DNA of 64,000 nucleotides from Candidatus Cloacimonadota bacterium (lineage in GTDB: Bacteria; Cloacimonadota; Cloacimonadia; JGIOTU-2): positions 128,001 to 192,000 of the forward strand of contig JBNGBT010000006.1 of NCBI GenBank assembly GCA_049903315.1, read 5' to 3'. How positions within the stretch are numbered: position 1 is the stretch's first letter; the number at the start of each line of letters is the position of its first letter. Under the pieces are notes generated by a model, which saw only the letters and a program-made list of their open reading frames with translations, was not told where the DNA came from and did no database searches. Positions 1 to 10,422 of the stretch are shown one piece after another. The position numbers and the translations under genes were made by a program.

Positions 1-160
1 GATCGACCGTATCGATCAGAGCAGTTTTTTCACTGCCTCGAATGACATAAGCATTGTAACTCGTACCATCCGGGAGAGGGATAAGCTCATCAAAAGTGCG
101 CCTGTCCCAATCCTGGACACCTACAAAATATACATCGTTTTTAATTTTCTGGAATCCCAT
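1..160 (-). CDS. fprA: Flavodiiron protein (FprA / A-type flavoprotein), N-terminal part, runs off the window
   Basis: Manual translation gives [53 protein letters not shown], with the typical FprA N-terminal GTSYNAY...ALIDTV motif. Not in the ORF track. Confidence 0.9.
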   Translation of the reverse strand, partial: MGFQKIKNDVYFVGVQDWDRRTFDELIPLPDGTSYNAYVIRGSEKTALIDTVD

Positions 161-167
161 TATTCAC

Positions 168-326
168 CTAAATCTCGACAAACATATCTTTGTCTACACC
201 ACACACAGGGCATACCCAGTCGTCTGGAATATCTTCAAAGGAAGTTCCTGGTGCGATTCCGGAATCGGGATCACCGACTTTGGGATCATAAATATAGCCG
301 CATACGCTGCATTGATATTTTTTCAT
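168..326 (-). CDS. Rubredoxin (52 aa)
   Basis: Manual translation gives [52 protein letters not shown] with two CxxC motifs. GGAGG RBS upstream. Below the ORF-track length cutoff. Confidence 0.97.
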   Translation of the reverse strand: MKKYQCSVCGYIYDPKVGDPDSGIAPGTSFEDIPDDWVCPVCGVDKDMFVEI

Positions 327-347
327 CTGTTGTTCCTCCTATTATTT

Positions 348-1601
348 TTATTCAGTTTTATAACCTGCATTTTTTATTGCGTTTATCACTTCATCTCTTT
401 TATATTCACCAATTACTTTAACTCGTTTATCGGTAAGAGAGATGTCAATTTTTTTTACTCCGCTTACTTTTTTAATTTCATTTTCAATAGACATGACACA
501 ATGCTTGCAGCTCATGTCCGGCACGTTATAGATATTTTCCATATTTTCATCCTGAATATTTATTTTCTTGTTCATAAAAATTTTTAGCAAGAATGCTCTA
601 ATAATAAGTATGATAAGCAGTATTGCTGATCCAGTTTTTATCCAGACGGGAAGCATTTTCATGCCGCCTGTAAAGATGCTAATATTTCTGCCCGAGATAT
701 TCCAGAAATGGTCAAGAATAAATCCAAAGAGGAGTCCTGTGACGATAATTGAAACAAGATATGCGAACAGCGGTTTTTTGCCGAGTTTGCCACCCACGAA
801 GCTAATAGTTGCAGCATTTGTTGCAGGACCGGCAATAAGGAAAATAAGCCCCGCACCCGGTGTCATTCCTTTTAAAATAAGGGATGCAGCGATCGGTATC
901 GAACCAGTTGCGCACACGTACATCGGGATAGATATCAAGAGCATAATTGGATATGCGAATAGCGGATTTCCAAAATAGCGCACCACAAAATTATCCGGCA
1001 CAAGAAAGGAAATAATAGCTCCAATAACTATGCCGAGAAGTATCCATTTTGCGACATCTTCTATAAGATCAAAAAAACCATAACGGAGAATTGCTCTCAC
1101 CTTTTCATGAAATGTATGAGAGTGGGGCTCGGTTTCGGTGCAGAGATTGCATGAGAATCCTTCTTGTGGGATGGCATTATCATCTGCAGTTCTATCAATA
1201 ATGTTTGTCAAAGTGCCGCCCAAAATTCCAGCAAAAAAAGCAGCCACAGGTCTGATAATTGCATAAATTGGACCAAGAAGTGAATAGGTTGCGAGGATGG
1301 AATCCACACCTGTTGTAGGGGTAGACGAAAGAAAGGATATTGTTGAACCTTTTCCGGCACCTTCTTTTCTCAGATACGCAGCGACGGGGATGACGCCGCA
1401 TGAACAGAGTGGTAGCGGAACACCGAAGAGAGATGCCTTTACGTTTGACCAAAATGATCTGCCTGAGAAGTGGTTGTATATTTTGTTTTTTGGAATGACC
1501 GTATTAAGCACTCCGGCAATCAAAAAACCAAAGAGAAGATACGGAGCCATTTCTCCGAGAAGAGTCCAGATTTCTTTAAGGATACCAAGGAGGATGTTCA
1601 T
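348..1601 (-). CDS. Permease (DUF318/ArsP-like, SO_0444-type metal transporter) with C-terminal heavy-metal-associated domain
   Basis: PLPLCSCGVIP and PMYVCATGSIP motifs, many TM segments, central CxxC/His loop, C-terminal MSCKHC HMA motif. Confidence 0.85.
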   Translation of the reverse strand: MNILLGILKEIWTLLGEMAPYLLFGFLIAGVLNTVIPKNKIYNHFSGRSFWSNVKASLFGVPLPLCSCGVIPVAAYLRKEGAGKGSTISFLSSTPTTGVDSILATYSLLGPIYAIIRPVAAFFAGILGGTLTNIIDRTADDNAIPQEGFSCNLCTETEPHSHTFHEKVRAILRYGFFDLIEDVAKWILLGIVIGAIISFLVPDNFVVRYFGNPLFAYPIMLLISIPMYVCATGSIPIAASLILKGMTPGAGLIFLIAGPATNAATISFVGGKLGKKPLFAYLVSIIVTGLLFGFILDHFWNISGRNISIFTGGMKMLPVWIKTGSAILLIILIIRAFLLKIFMNKKINIQDENMENIYNVPDMSCKHCVMSIENEIKKVSGVKKIDISLTDKRVKVIGEYKRDEVINAIKNAGYKTE

Positions 1602-2029
1602 TTCTTGTTCTTATTTTTCTCTAAACAGGTTTTACAAATACCGCGAAAATAGCCGTGTTTTTGTTTTATCTGGTGCCCTTCAATCATATTCTTGTTCAAA
1701 TATGGGCAATCGATTGTGAGATCATAAATTTTTTCGCATTGTTCGCAGAGGAAGTGGTGGTGCTGCTCGGTTTCGAGATCATAACGGACCTCAGAACCGG
1801 TAATATATAAGGGAGTAACAATACCTTTTTCCATGAAAAGTTTGAGCGAATTATACACGGTAGTTTTGGAAATGGTCGGAACTTTCTTCAGCACTTCTTC
1901 AAAGATCATTGCAGCAGTCGGGTGATTGAAATTTTTATCTAAATACTGCAATATGCTCAACCTTTCATAGGTTGGCTTGATGTTAACTTCTTCTAAAATC
2001 TTCTTTAAGTCTTGCATATTTGAACTCAT
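1598..2029 (-). CDS. Fur-family transcriptional regulator, PerR-like
   Basis: HPTA, TVYNSL, HHHFLCEQC and C-terminal CKTC motifs. Overlaps the next gene by 4 bp. Confidence 0.9.
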   Translation of the reverse strand: MSSNMQDLKKILEEVNIKPTYERLSILQYLDKNFNHPTAAMIFEEVLKKVPTISKTTVYNSLKLFMEKGIVTPLYITGSEVRYDLETEQHHHFLCEQCEKIYDLTIDCPYLNKNMIEGHQIKQKHGYFRGICKTCLEKNKNKK

Positions 2030-2276
2030 TACAAATTTTGAATGATAATTTAAAAGGAATTAGGACAATGTCAAATTTAAATTAATTTTTAGGATAGTTT
2101 GTTTTCAATAGTCGTGAGCTATCACAAAAATTTGGGTTGCAATTTTGATAAGGCTAGTAGTAAAACAACATTCCGATGTTGTTTGAGCAAGAAGCAAGAT
2201 CGGAATCTTGCTTTACACCTTGTGTGCTGTATTAAAGACCTGTGTATAAATATGAGAATAATTATTCTTATAATAA

Positions 2277-3206
2277 TTAAAATCTCACTACTTTTCGACT
2301 GTTCGCAACGTCTCGCTTTAAAGGATTCGTATATCTCTGCAACACAATTCCTGCGATAATGAAAACCAATCCGATGATTGTCGAAAAGAGTATTTTTTCA
2401 CCAACAACAATACTCACCACAAAGAGAGATAAGAAAGGGGTAATATAGATAAAATTACTCACCTGCGCAGTTGTTTTTGCATATTTAAGGGCGCTGAGCC
2501 ACACAATAAAGGTCAAGCCCATTTCGAAAAATCCTACATACGCAGAACCGAGAATGCCTTTGATGTTCGGCAGAGAAAATCCTACAGGAATTGAGCGTAC
2601 CACAATAAGCACAATACTGAAAAGTAAACCGAAGCAAAAGCTCACAAACAATTTAACGACAACGTCATGCTTATCCTTGAGACTGAATATCCAGAACATT
2701 GCCCATATTACCGCACTGCTCAGAGGAAGCAAATCGCCTTTGATATCGGAGAAATTTAATCCTGCAACATTTCCGCGAGTTGCAATTATTATCACGCCAA
2801 AAAAGCTAATGACAATTGCAACAATGCTCAGTAATTTTATTTTTTGTTTGAGGAGGGGAATCGAAAGAAGCACGAGCATCAGGGGCCATGTATAGTTTAA
2901 TGTGATCGCTTCCTGTGCCGGCAAGATCGAATATGCCTTGAAAAGCACGATATAATATAGGAATGGATTAAGAAAACCAAGAAATGCTGCAAACAAAAAG
3001 TCTTTTAGAGAATATTTTTTCAGAAGGTGTAGTTTTTTTTGGAGGATGAGAACAATAAAAATGATACATGTTGAAAAAAAAGAAGCATACAGCAGCAACT
3101 CGAGATAATCTACATGACGCAGACTGAGCTTAAAGGCGGAAGCTACAGTTGACCAGAGTATAACTGCGAGGATTGCAAAAGAATATGCTTTTTTTTGTGT
3201 ATCCAT
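2277..3206 (-). CDS. EamA/DMT family transporter
   Basis: About 10 hydrophobic segments and a LNYTWP motif. Start moved to the ATG at 3206 (MDTQKK, GAAGG RBS) to avoid overlapping the upstream gene. Confidence 0.85.
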   Translation of the reverse strand: MDTQKKAYSFAILAVILWSTVASAFKLSLRHVDYLELLLYASFFSTCIIFIVLILQKKLHLLKKYSLKDFLFAAFLGFLNPFLYYIVLFKAYSILPAQEAITLNYTWPLMLVLLSIPLLKQKIKLLSIVAIVISFFGVIIIATRGNVAGLNFSDIKGDLLPLSSAVIWAMFWIFSLKDKHDVVVKLFVSFCFGLLFSIVLIVVRSIPVGFSLPNIKGILGSAYVGFFEMGLTFIVWLSALKYAKTTAQVSNFIYITPFLSLFVVSIVVGEKILFSTIIGLVFIIAGIVLQRYTNPLKRDVANSRKVVRF

Positions 3207-3211
3207 TCCTT

Positions 3212-3931
3212 CTATTGGCGTTCTTTTATGATACTTCTTACCTCTTTTTCTTTTAGATAACGCCACTCACCTATCGGCATTTTACCAATATTGATATCAC
3301 CTATCTGAACACGTTTGAGTTCGACCACGGAACTTCCAACAGATTTGAGCATTCTCCGTATTTGCTGATTCCTGCCCTCATAGATCACCATGCGGATTTT
3401 TGTAAGATTTTGAGCTTTATTATAACTTTTTATGAAGACTTTTGCAGGGAGTGTTTTACCGTCTTCAAGCTGAACACCTTCGCGAAGTTCTCGTAATTGG
3501 CGGAAGTTAATTCGTCCCTTGGCTTTCACAAGATATGTCTTGGGAAGTTTTTTGCTCGGATGCGTGATCTTCTGCGCGAAATCTCCATCGTTCGAGAGAA
3601 ATAATAATCCTTCAGAATTTTTATCAAGACGCCCAATAGGAAAGATATGCTCTTTAAATTCAGGAAGCAGTTCGAACACAGTATGGCGCTCAAAAGGATC
3701 ATCGGCTGTAACAAGATATCCTATTGGCTTATTCAGCATCAAATATATTTTGTTGGATGAAATACTGAGTTTTTTATTTTTGTATTCCACGACATCATTC
3801 TGCGGGTCGATATCTGTTGCGAGGTCATTAATAATTTTGCCGTTTACCCGGATTTTGCTCTCAAGCACAAGCTGTTCGCATGAGCGCCGGGAGCCGAGTC
3901 CTGCCTGGGCAAGAAATTTATTGATCCTCAT
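3212..3931 (-). CDS. rluB: 23S rRNA pseudouridine synthase (RluB/RsuA family)
   Basis: N-terminal S4 domain (RINKFLAQAGLGSRR), catalytic GRLD motif, EGRNQQIRRM. Confidence 0.85.
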   Translation of the reverse strand: MRINKFLAQAGLGSRRSCEQLVLESKIRVNGKIINDLATDIDPQNDVVEYKNKKLSISSNKIYLMLNKPIGYLVTADDPFERHTVFELLPEFKEHIFPIGRLDKNSEGLLFLSNDGDFAQKITHPSKKLPKTYLVKAKGRINFRQLRELREGVQLEDGKTLPAKVFIKSYNKAQNLTKIRMVIYEGRNQQIRRMLKSVGSSVVELKRVQIGDINIGKMPIGEWRYLKEKEVRSIIKERQ

Positions 3932-3934
3932 TTC

Positions 3935-4456
3935 CTACCATTGCTCGATCGTATTTGAAAGGATCACATTACAGAGTTCATTAATAATGGATTTCTGCGC
4001 ATCCTCTTCGGAAAAGAGCTCGATTCCCTGCCCGTCTTCCTCTTCAGCAGCAGTGCCTGTGCCGTACGTTGCAGAGAGACTCAGATTGTTATTCTGCCAG
4101 ATCACTTCATCGCGAACCAGGTCTTTTGCTTCGATCTGAAAGACGATCGTGACTTTCCATTCCGAAGGATTTTCCTGCATATCATATGCGTTGACCACTC
4201 TTTTATATGACCGGATAGTTCCACGGATATCCAGATCTGCATCATCGCCTTGTACGTCAAGGCGGTTATCTTCAATGAATGCATCAGTCAGATATTCTGA
4301 GACAAGCCCTGGCAACTCGTACTGCTCGGAATCATTATCAAATTCTGTGATCATGACCGTCTTAAGATGGGGATTTGAGCGTGTGTAAAATGAGTAGTGC
4401 CCGCATCCGAAAATGCAGAGTAAAACAATTGAGACCAATAAATATTTTTTCATCAT
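3935..4456 (-). CDS. lptE: LptE-like LPS assembly lipoprotein
   Basis: Lipobox IFGC followed by GxYSF. Size and the ADLxIxGxI pattern fit LptE. Ends in W. Confidence 0.65.
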   Translation of the reverse strand: MMKKYLLVSIVLLCIFGCGHYSFYTRSNPHLKTVMITEFDNDSEQYELPGLVSEYLTDAFIEDNRLDVQGDDADLDIRGTIRSYKRVVNAYDMQENPSEWKVTIVFQIEAKDLVRDEVIWQNNNLSLSATYGTGTAAEEEDGQGIELFSEEDAQKSIINELCNVILSNTIEQW

Positions 4457-4603
4457 ATGACCTTCTTATTTAAGAAATTGAATCCCTAGCTTTCTGTGTC
4501 AATTAAATCGAATTTCCTTAAGTAAATTTATTTTATAAATATTATTATAAAAAGTTTGACTACAATTCTTCCAATTGTACCTTATTTATCGGAGGCTAAA
4601 CAT

Positions 4604-5269
4604 ATGGCAAAAGATGAAATATTAACCCTGAATGAAGCTGCGAAATTTTTAAACATGTCACCGGAAACCCTGGTGAACCTGGTCTCTCAAAAAGAGCTCA
4701 AAGGTATTAAGGTCGGGAATCAGTGGCGGTTTATTAAAGAAGAAATTGAATTATGGAAAGACACACAGGATAAACCCAATGTGGAGAAGATCGCACTTGA
4801 AAATGTGGTCAGCAGATTTTTTTCGTTTATAAATTCAGATTTTATTCTCAGAGATCTGAATGCAAAACACCGTTTCGAGGTGCTCGCTTCAATGTCACAA
4901 TTTGCAAAAGAAAACAGTGTGTGCACAAAGCAGAGCTGGCTCTTTGATATGCTGAGCAAAAGGGAGCGTTTGATATCAACAGGTATCGGAAATGGTGTTG
5001 CATTTCTGCACCCACGCAGTATTCATTCCGATAAAATAAACTTTTCTGCAGTGTTGCTTGGGATTTCACAAGAAGGTGTTGATTTCCGGTCTCTCGATAG
5101 AACGCCTGTGAATTTATTCTTTCTCTTACTACTCAAGACCGAGCAGCAGCACCTTTTCGCACTTTCCTATTTAAGCCAGCTTTTCAGAGAAGATCATCTC
5201 AAAGAAAAGATCATGAAAGCTTCTGACAATAAAGCCATACTCGATCTTTTAAAATTACAGGTTGAGTAA
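4604..5269 (+). CDS. HTH_17 (excisionase-like) DNA-binding domain fused to a PTS IIA (Ntr/Fru-type) domain
   Basis: LTLNEAAKFL...KVGNQWRF HTH, then RERLISTGIGNGVAFLHPR with the phosphoacceptor His. GGAGG RBS before the ATG at 4604. Confidence 0.85.
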   Translation: MAKDEILTLNEAAKFLNMSPETLVNLVSQKELKGIKVGNQWRFIKEEIELWKDTQDKPNVEKIALENVVSRFFSFINSDFILRDLNAKHRFEVLASMSQFAKENSVCTKQSWLFDMLSKRERLISTGIGNGVAFLHPRSIHSDKINFSAVLLGISQEGVDFRSLDRTPVNLFFLLLLKTEQQHLFALSYLSQLFREDHLKEKIMKASDNKAILDLLKLQVE

Positions 5270-5326
5270 TTATACGAATTTACAAATTGTTCGATTGTCC
5301 TAAAAGACTACAAAATGGCAAAAAAA

Positions 5327-5402
5327 TGGTGGGCCCAAGAGGGATCGAACCTCTCACCGCCCGGTTATGAGCCGGGAGCTCTACCAGCTGAGCTATGGGC
5401 CC
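5327..5402 (-). tRNA. tRNA with CAT anticodon, probably tRNA-Ile2 (lysidine-modified)
   Basis: GGGCCCATAGCTCAGCTGGTAGAGCTCCCGGCTCATAACCGGGCGGTGAGAGGTTCGATCCCTCTTGGGCCCACCA, 76 nt, full cloverleaf with encoded CCA. Has C4-G69 and C5-G68 pairs and no initiator features. Confidence 0.93.
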
Positions 5403-5466
5403 TGATAAAATGGTAGGGTATTTGTCTGTCATGTAAGGGATAACCTGTCAAGTTTTACACGAAATC

Positions 5467-7467
5467 ATGAAGCACTTTGAATTAGTATCCGATTATGCTC
5501 CTCAGGGTGACCAACCTCAGGCGATCGCGGAGCTTACAAAAAACATCAAAAAGGATATTCCTTTCCAGACACTTCTCGGTGTAACCGGTTCGGGAAAAAC
5601 ATTTACCATCGCAAATGTGATCAAAAATACAGAAAAACCGGTTCTCATTATCTCTCATAACAAAACCCTTGCCGCACAGCTTTTTGGGGAGATGAAGCAG
5701 CTTTTTCCGAACAATGCCGTCGAGTATTTTGTGAGTTACTATGACTATTACCAACCGGAAGCATACCTGCCAGTTTCAGACACCTATATTGAGAAAGATG
5801 CTGATATAAACGAGCAAATTGATAGACTTCGGCTGCGTGCCACCATGTCTTTGATGGAGCGCAAGGATGTCATCATTGTCGCAAGTGTGTCATGTATATA
5901 CGGTTTGGGAGTTCCGGAGCAATACCGCGAATCACTCATTGATTTAAAAGTCGAACAGGAAATTGAAAGAGATTCCCTTCTTCATAAACTCGTGGATATT
6001 TACTACGCACGCAATGATTTTGAATTCCAGCGCGGAACTTTTCGGGTACGAGGGGATGTGGTTGAAATCTATCCCGCATATCTCGAGAATTCTATTAGAG
6101 TCGAGTTTGATTTCAATAAGATCACCAAGATATATCGCATCAATCCACTCACAGGGGAAATTCTGGAAGAACTCGAAGAGTATGCCGTGTATCCAGCAAA
6201 GCATTTTATAACATCACCTGAACATCTGGAACGAGCATTAGAAGATATCAAAAAGGAAATGCTCGCTCGAGTGGAATATTTCAAATCAAAGAACATGTGG
6301 ATCGAAGCACAGAGAATTCAGCAGCGCACAAGTTTTGATCTCGAAATGATGCGTGAGGTCGGATATGTGTCCGGCATAGAAAATTACTCCCGGCATCTTT
6401 CAGGAAGAAAAGAGGGCGAGAGACCTGCATGTTTACTCGACTACTTTCCCGATGATTACCTCATGATCATCGATGAATCCCATGCAACCATTCCGCAGGT
6501 GCATGCAATGTTCGGGGGAGATTATTCTCGAAAAAAAGCTCTTGTGGATAACGGATTCCGTCTGCCCTCTGCATATGATAATCGTCCTCTGAAATTTCAT
6601 GAATTCGAGCACATGATGAACCAGGTCGTATTCATGTCTGCTACACCTGCCAAATATGAATTGGATAAATCTGAGGGAGTGATCGTTGAACAGATCGTGC
6701 GTCCCACAGGTTTGATCGATCCGGAGATCGAACTGAAAAGTGCAGAATACCAGGTTGATGACCTACTCGAAGAGATACAAAAGCACGTAGAGAAAAAGCA
6801 GCGTGTGCTTGTGACAACACTCACAAAAAAAATGGCAGAAGACTTAACAAATTATGTGTCTCAAATCGGAGTGAGAGCAAAGTATCTGCATAGCGGAGTG
6901 CATACGCTGGACAGGATTGAGATCATTCGTGATCTGCGCTTGGGCGAATTCGATGTACTCATTGGTGTGAACCTGCTCAGGGAAGGACTCGATCTGCCGG
7001 AGGTCGCGCTTGTCGCTATTCTCGATGCTGATAAAGCTGGATTTCTCCGTTCCGAACGCTCGCTTATCCAGACGGCCGGACGCGCAGCACGTCATATCGA
7101 CGGCAAAGTTATTTTCTATGCAGACCACGTTTCGGAAGCAATGAAGTTTGCGATAAGCGAAACGAACCGCAGAAGAAAAATTCAGAAAGAATATAATAAG
7201 AAGCACAACATCACGCCCGAATCGATCAGCAAAACCATAGAAAGCATCATGAAATCAACCTCTGTTGCCGAGTTCAAAAAGGAAGAGAAAAAAGGTTTTG
7301 GCACTGATGAACAGAAAAAACTTGATTTCGAAAAGTATCTCACAATAAATAACAAAGAAGATGCGATCGAACTGCTGACAAAAGAAATGAACCGTCTGGC
7401 ACGGGATTTGCGCTTCGAAGAAGCTGCGGAGATCCGCGACAGGATACTCGAGCTCAAAGAAATGTAA
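5467..7467 (+). CDS. uvrB: Excinuclease ABC subunit B
   Basis: GVTGSGKT Walker [11 protein letters not shown] beta-hairpin, [17 protein letters not shown]-terminal UVR domain. Confidence 0.99.
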   Translation: MKHFELVSDYAPQGDQPQAIAELTKNIKKDIPFQTLLGVTGSGKTFTIANVIKNTEKPVLIISHNKTLAAQLFGEMKQLFPNNAVEYFVSYYDYYQPEAYLPVSDTYIEKDADINEQIDRLRLRATMSLMERKDVIIVASVSCIYGLGVPEQYRESLIDLKVEQEIERDSLLHKLVDIYYARNDFEFQRGTFRVRGDVVEIYPAYLENSIRVEFDFNKITKIYRINPLTGEILEELEEYAVYPAKHFITSPEHLERALEDIKKEMLARVEYFKSKNMWIEAQRIQQRTSFDLEMMREVGYVSGIENYSRHLSGRKEGERPACLLDYFPDDYLMIIDESHATIPQVHAMFGGDYSRKKALVDNGFRLPSAYDNRPLKFHEFEHMMNQVVFMSATPAKYELDKSEGVIVEQIVRPTGLIDPEIELKSAEYQVDDLLEEIQKHVEKKQRVLVTTLTKKMAEDLTNYVSQIGVRAKYLHSGVHTLDRIEIIRDLRLGEFDVLIGVNLLREGLDLPEVALVAILDADKAGFLRSERSLIQTAGRAARHIDGKVIFYADHVSEAMKFAISETNRRRKIQKEYNKKHNITPESISKTIESIMKSTSVAEFKKEEKKGFGTDEQKKLDFEKYLTINNKEDAIELLTKEMNRLARDLRFEEAAEIRDRILELKEM

Positions 7468-7477
7468 TGAGGTTTGT

Positions 7478-8509
7478 ATGGAAGAACGAATAACGGATCC
7501 TGAAATAATTGATGACGATGTTACTTATGATACGACACTGCGACCGAAAACGCTGAAGGACTTTGTCGGACAGGAAAAAATAAAAGAGATTTTATCAATT
7601 ACAATTGAAGCGTGCAAACAGCGCAATGAACCGATCGACCACATACTTTTTTACGGTCCTCCCGGGCTCGGGAAAACCACGCTTTCCATTATTATTGCAA
7701 ATGAACTGAAAACCGAACTCAAAACCACATCCGGTCCGGCGATAGAGAAGCCGTCCGACCTGGCGGGAATCCTGACAAATCTCAGCGCAAAGGATGTTTT
7801 TTTTATTGATGAGATTCACCGTTTGAATCATGTGATCGAGGAATATCTCTATCCTGCGATCGAGGATTTCAATCTTGAGATCATTATCGACCAGGGTCCA
7901 AGCGCGAGAACGCTTCGACTGAACCTCGAACCCTTTACTCTTGTGGGTTCGACCACACGTGCAGGCTTGATCACCTCACCTCTCCGCAGCAGGTTCGGGC
8001 TTGTACTTCGTCTTGATTATTATGACACAAAAGAAATTTTTAAGATCGTGCTGCGCTCAGCAAAATTGCTGGGTGTTGAGATAAAAAAGGATGGGGCTCA
8101 GGAGATTGCATGCCGTTCCCGCGGGACTCCGAGAATCGCAAACCGCCTTCTTCGACGTGTCAGAGATTATGCCCAGATAAAAGGGGATGGCATCATCACA
8201 AAAGAAATCGCCAAAGCGGCACTCAAGATGCTGGAAGTTGATGAACTCGGGCTTGATGAAATGGACAAGAAACTCATTCAGACGATCATCGAGTTTTACA
8301 AAGGCGGTCCGGTTGGTTTGAAAACTCTTTCCATGGCAATTGGAGAAGATTCCGGCACGATAGAAGAAATATACGAGCCATATCTTTTGCAAAAAGGATT
8401 TCTGAAAAGAACACTCCGTGGAAGAGAAGCCACAGAAAAAGCATATAAGCATTTTGGTATTGAACTGACTGGAGAAAACTCAAAAAAACAAAGTGAGATG
8501 TTTGAGTGA
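7478..8509 (+). CDS. ruvB: Holliday junction branch migration helicase RuvB
   Basis: [45 protein letters not shown]. Confidence 0.99.
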   Translation: MEERITDPEIIDDDVTYDTTLRPKTLKDFVGQEKIKEILSITIEACKQRNEPIDHILFYGPPGLGKTTLSIIIANELKTELKTTSGPAIEKPSDLAGILTNLSAKDVFFIDEIHRLNHVIEEYLYPAIEDFNLEIIIDQGPSARTLRLNLEPFTLVGSTTRAGLITSPLRSRFGLVLRLDYYDTKEIFKIVLRSAKLLGVEIKKDGAQEIACRSRGTPRIANRLLRRVRDYAQIKGDGIITKEIAKAALKMLEVDELGLDEMDKKLIQTIIEFYKGGPVGLKTLSMAIGEDSGTIEEIYEPYLLQKGFLKRTLRGREATEKAYKHFGIELTGENSKKQSEMFE

Positions 8510-8606
8510 AGTATTTATTTCTCCCAAAAAATTGACTTTTTTTCAGAGGTTTTTTTATAAAAAATTGCTAAGTGTACGAAGGGGAAAAAAAGCCAAGGAG
8601 AACTTC

Positions 8607-10265
8607 ATGTTTAAAAAAACTACTTTATTACAATTGATTATTGGATTTATTATCATTTCATTATCTTTTCATGTATATGCACAAGCGTCCAATTGGCAGT
8701 GGGCTTATCAGGCTGGAGGATCTGATTCTGACCAGGCGAACAGGATCTATGTTGACGCTGATAACAACTGCTATGTAACAGGCAAGTTCAGAGGTACTAC
8801 CAATTTTGGTTCTCATGTCCTGACCAGTAATGGCTGGGATGATGTCTTTGTTGCGAAACTCGGTCAAAATGGGAACTGGGAGTGGGCAAAGAGTGCAGGA
8901 AGCGGACCGGGGACTTCATCTGATATTGGAAATGGGATAACAGGAGATGCTGCTGGAAATATTTATATCACCGGACAATTCAAGGGAAACGTTGATTTTG
9001 GTTCGTTTCCACTTTTCAGCAACGGCGAATACGATGTTTTCGTTGCAAAGATTGATTCCGATGGAAACTGGCAATGGGCTCGTAGCGCAGGCGGACCTAT
9101 GGGTGATGCCGGAAGAGGTATTGCTGTGGATGATGATTCAAATGTATATGTAACTGGTGAATTTTGGGATACCGTACAATTTGGAACATATTCTGTTACC
9201 AGTTCCGGCGCAAGTGACATGTTTGTTGCAAAACTAAACAACTATGGTCAATGGGAATGGGCTGAAAGCGCTGGAGGTCTAGGGGAAGTCTATGGACGAG
9301 GAATTGCAGTCGATGGCTCAGGTAACTGTTATACAACAGGGCTTTTTTACAACACAGCAAATTTCGGCACACATTCAATTAGCAGTAGCGGATCGTCAGA
9401 TGTATATGTTGCAAAACTTGGCTCTGATAATACCTGGCAGTGGGCTGTGGATTGTGGAGGTTCACAAACAGATTACGTAGAGAGAGTATCTCTCGATGGG
9501 ATAGGGAATCCATACATTGTGGGCAGTTTTAAATCCGTTGCGACTTTTGGCTATTCCTATCTCAGCAGTCTTGGTGATTATGATATTTTCGTTGCAAAAC
9601 TCGATCAAACAGGAAACTGGCTATGGGCGAGTCAGGCAGGAGGAGTTCAGAAGGATTATGGTTATGATATTTCAACTGATATTGCTGGAAATTCTTACAT
9701 AACAGGTTATTTTAAAGATACTGCTTATTTTGGTTCTTGTAATATTACTAGCAGCGGTTTGTATGATGTGTGTGTCGCAAAGCTTGGTGATGATGGCACC
9801 TGGCTGTGGGCAGAAGATGCAGGTGGAACAGGGTGGTGCGAAGGTCATGGAATTGGTCTTGATAATGATGAGAATTGTTGCGTGACGGGCTTCTTCCAGG
9901 GAACCGCTTATTTTGGTACGAATTCCGTAGTAAGCAGTGGAAGTAATGATGTTTTTGTTGCGAAAATTGGTGATTCCGTTTCATCAGATCCTGAAATTAA
10001 TCCGGATGCGTTAAATCTATCTCATTATCCCAATCCAATTAATATGCATGCGATAATCAGTTATTCCCTCAGACAATCAACTCCAGTTTCTTTAGAAATC
10101 TACAATCTAAAAGGACAATTAGTTGAAACATTGTTCGATGATAATATTCAAGCAGGAGATCATACGATTGATTGGAATTGTCAAAATGTTCCAACAGGCA
10201 TGTATTTCCTTAAAATGAAAACAGGTAATGAAGAAAGCATAAGGAAGATGATTTTGTTGAGATAA
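8607..10265 (+). CDS. Secreted SBBP-type beta-propeller repeat protein with C-terminal T9SS-like sorting domain
   Basis: Signal peptide, about 7 repeats of DVFVAKL..GNWxWAxxAGG..D.G.GI..D..GN.Y.TG.F, and a C-terminal YPNP...IYNLKGQ...KMILLR. AAGGAG RBS before the ATG at 8607. Confidence 0.85.
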   Translation: MFKKTTLLQLIIGFIIISLSFHVYAQASNWQWAYQAGGSDSDQANRIYVDADNNCYVTGKFRGTTNFGSHVLTSNGWDDVFVAKLGQNGNWEWAKSAGSGPGTSSDIGNGITGDAAGNIYITGQFKGNVDFGSFPLFSNGEYDVFVAKIDSDGNWQWARSAGGPMGDAGRGIAVDDDSNVYVTGEFWDTVQFGTYSVTSSGASDMFVAKLNNYGQWEWAESAGGLGEVYGRGIAVDGSGNCYTTGLFYNTANFGTHSISSSGSSDVYVAKLGSDNTWQWAVDCGGSQTDYVERVSLDGIGNPYIVGSFKSVATFGYSYLSSLGDYDIFVAKLDQTGNWLWASQAGGVQKDYGYDISTDIAGNSYITGYFKDTAYFGSCNITSSGLYDVCVAKLGDDGTWLWAEDAGGTGWCEGHGIGLDNDENCCVTGFFQGTAYFGTNSVVSSGSNDVFVAKIGDSVSSDPEINPDALNLSHYPNPINMHAIISYSLRQSTPVSLEIYNLKGQLVETLFDDNIQAGDHTIDWNCQNVPTGMYFLKMKTGNEESIRKMILLR

Positions 10266-10422
10266 TTTATTGACATATTTTTTTGAATATTCAAACAAAG
10301 TAGTACTGTACTGGTTGGTAATTTTCATGAGGACATTTGACGCTGTTAGTTTAGCTGGAAAGCATTAAAAAAGTAAGAATTAGATTGTATTATTGATCAA
10401 AAAACTAACTAAGGAGTGCAAC

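Noticed and set aside
4531..4552. TTTTATAA-N6-TTATAAAA dyad as a PerR or Fur box
   Set aside because: The spacing does not fit TTATAATnATTATAA, and such dyads arise easily in AT-rich spacers.
4604..4790. Excisionase-like HTH near a tRNA as a sign of a prophage or ICE
   Set aside because: It is fused in frame to a PTS IIA domain, a known chromosomal architecture. No integrase or att duplication of this tRNA is seen.
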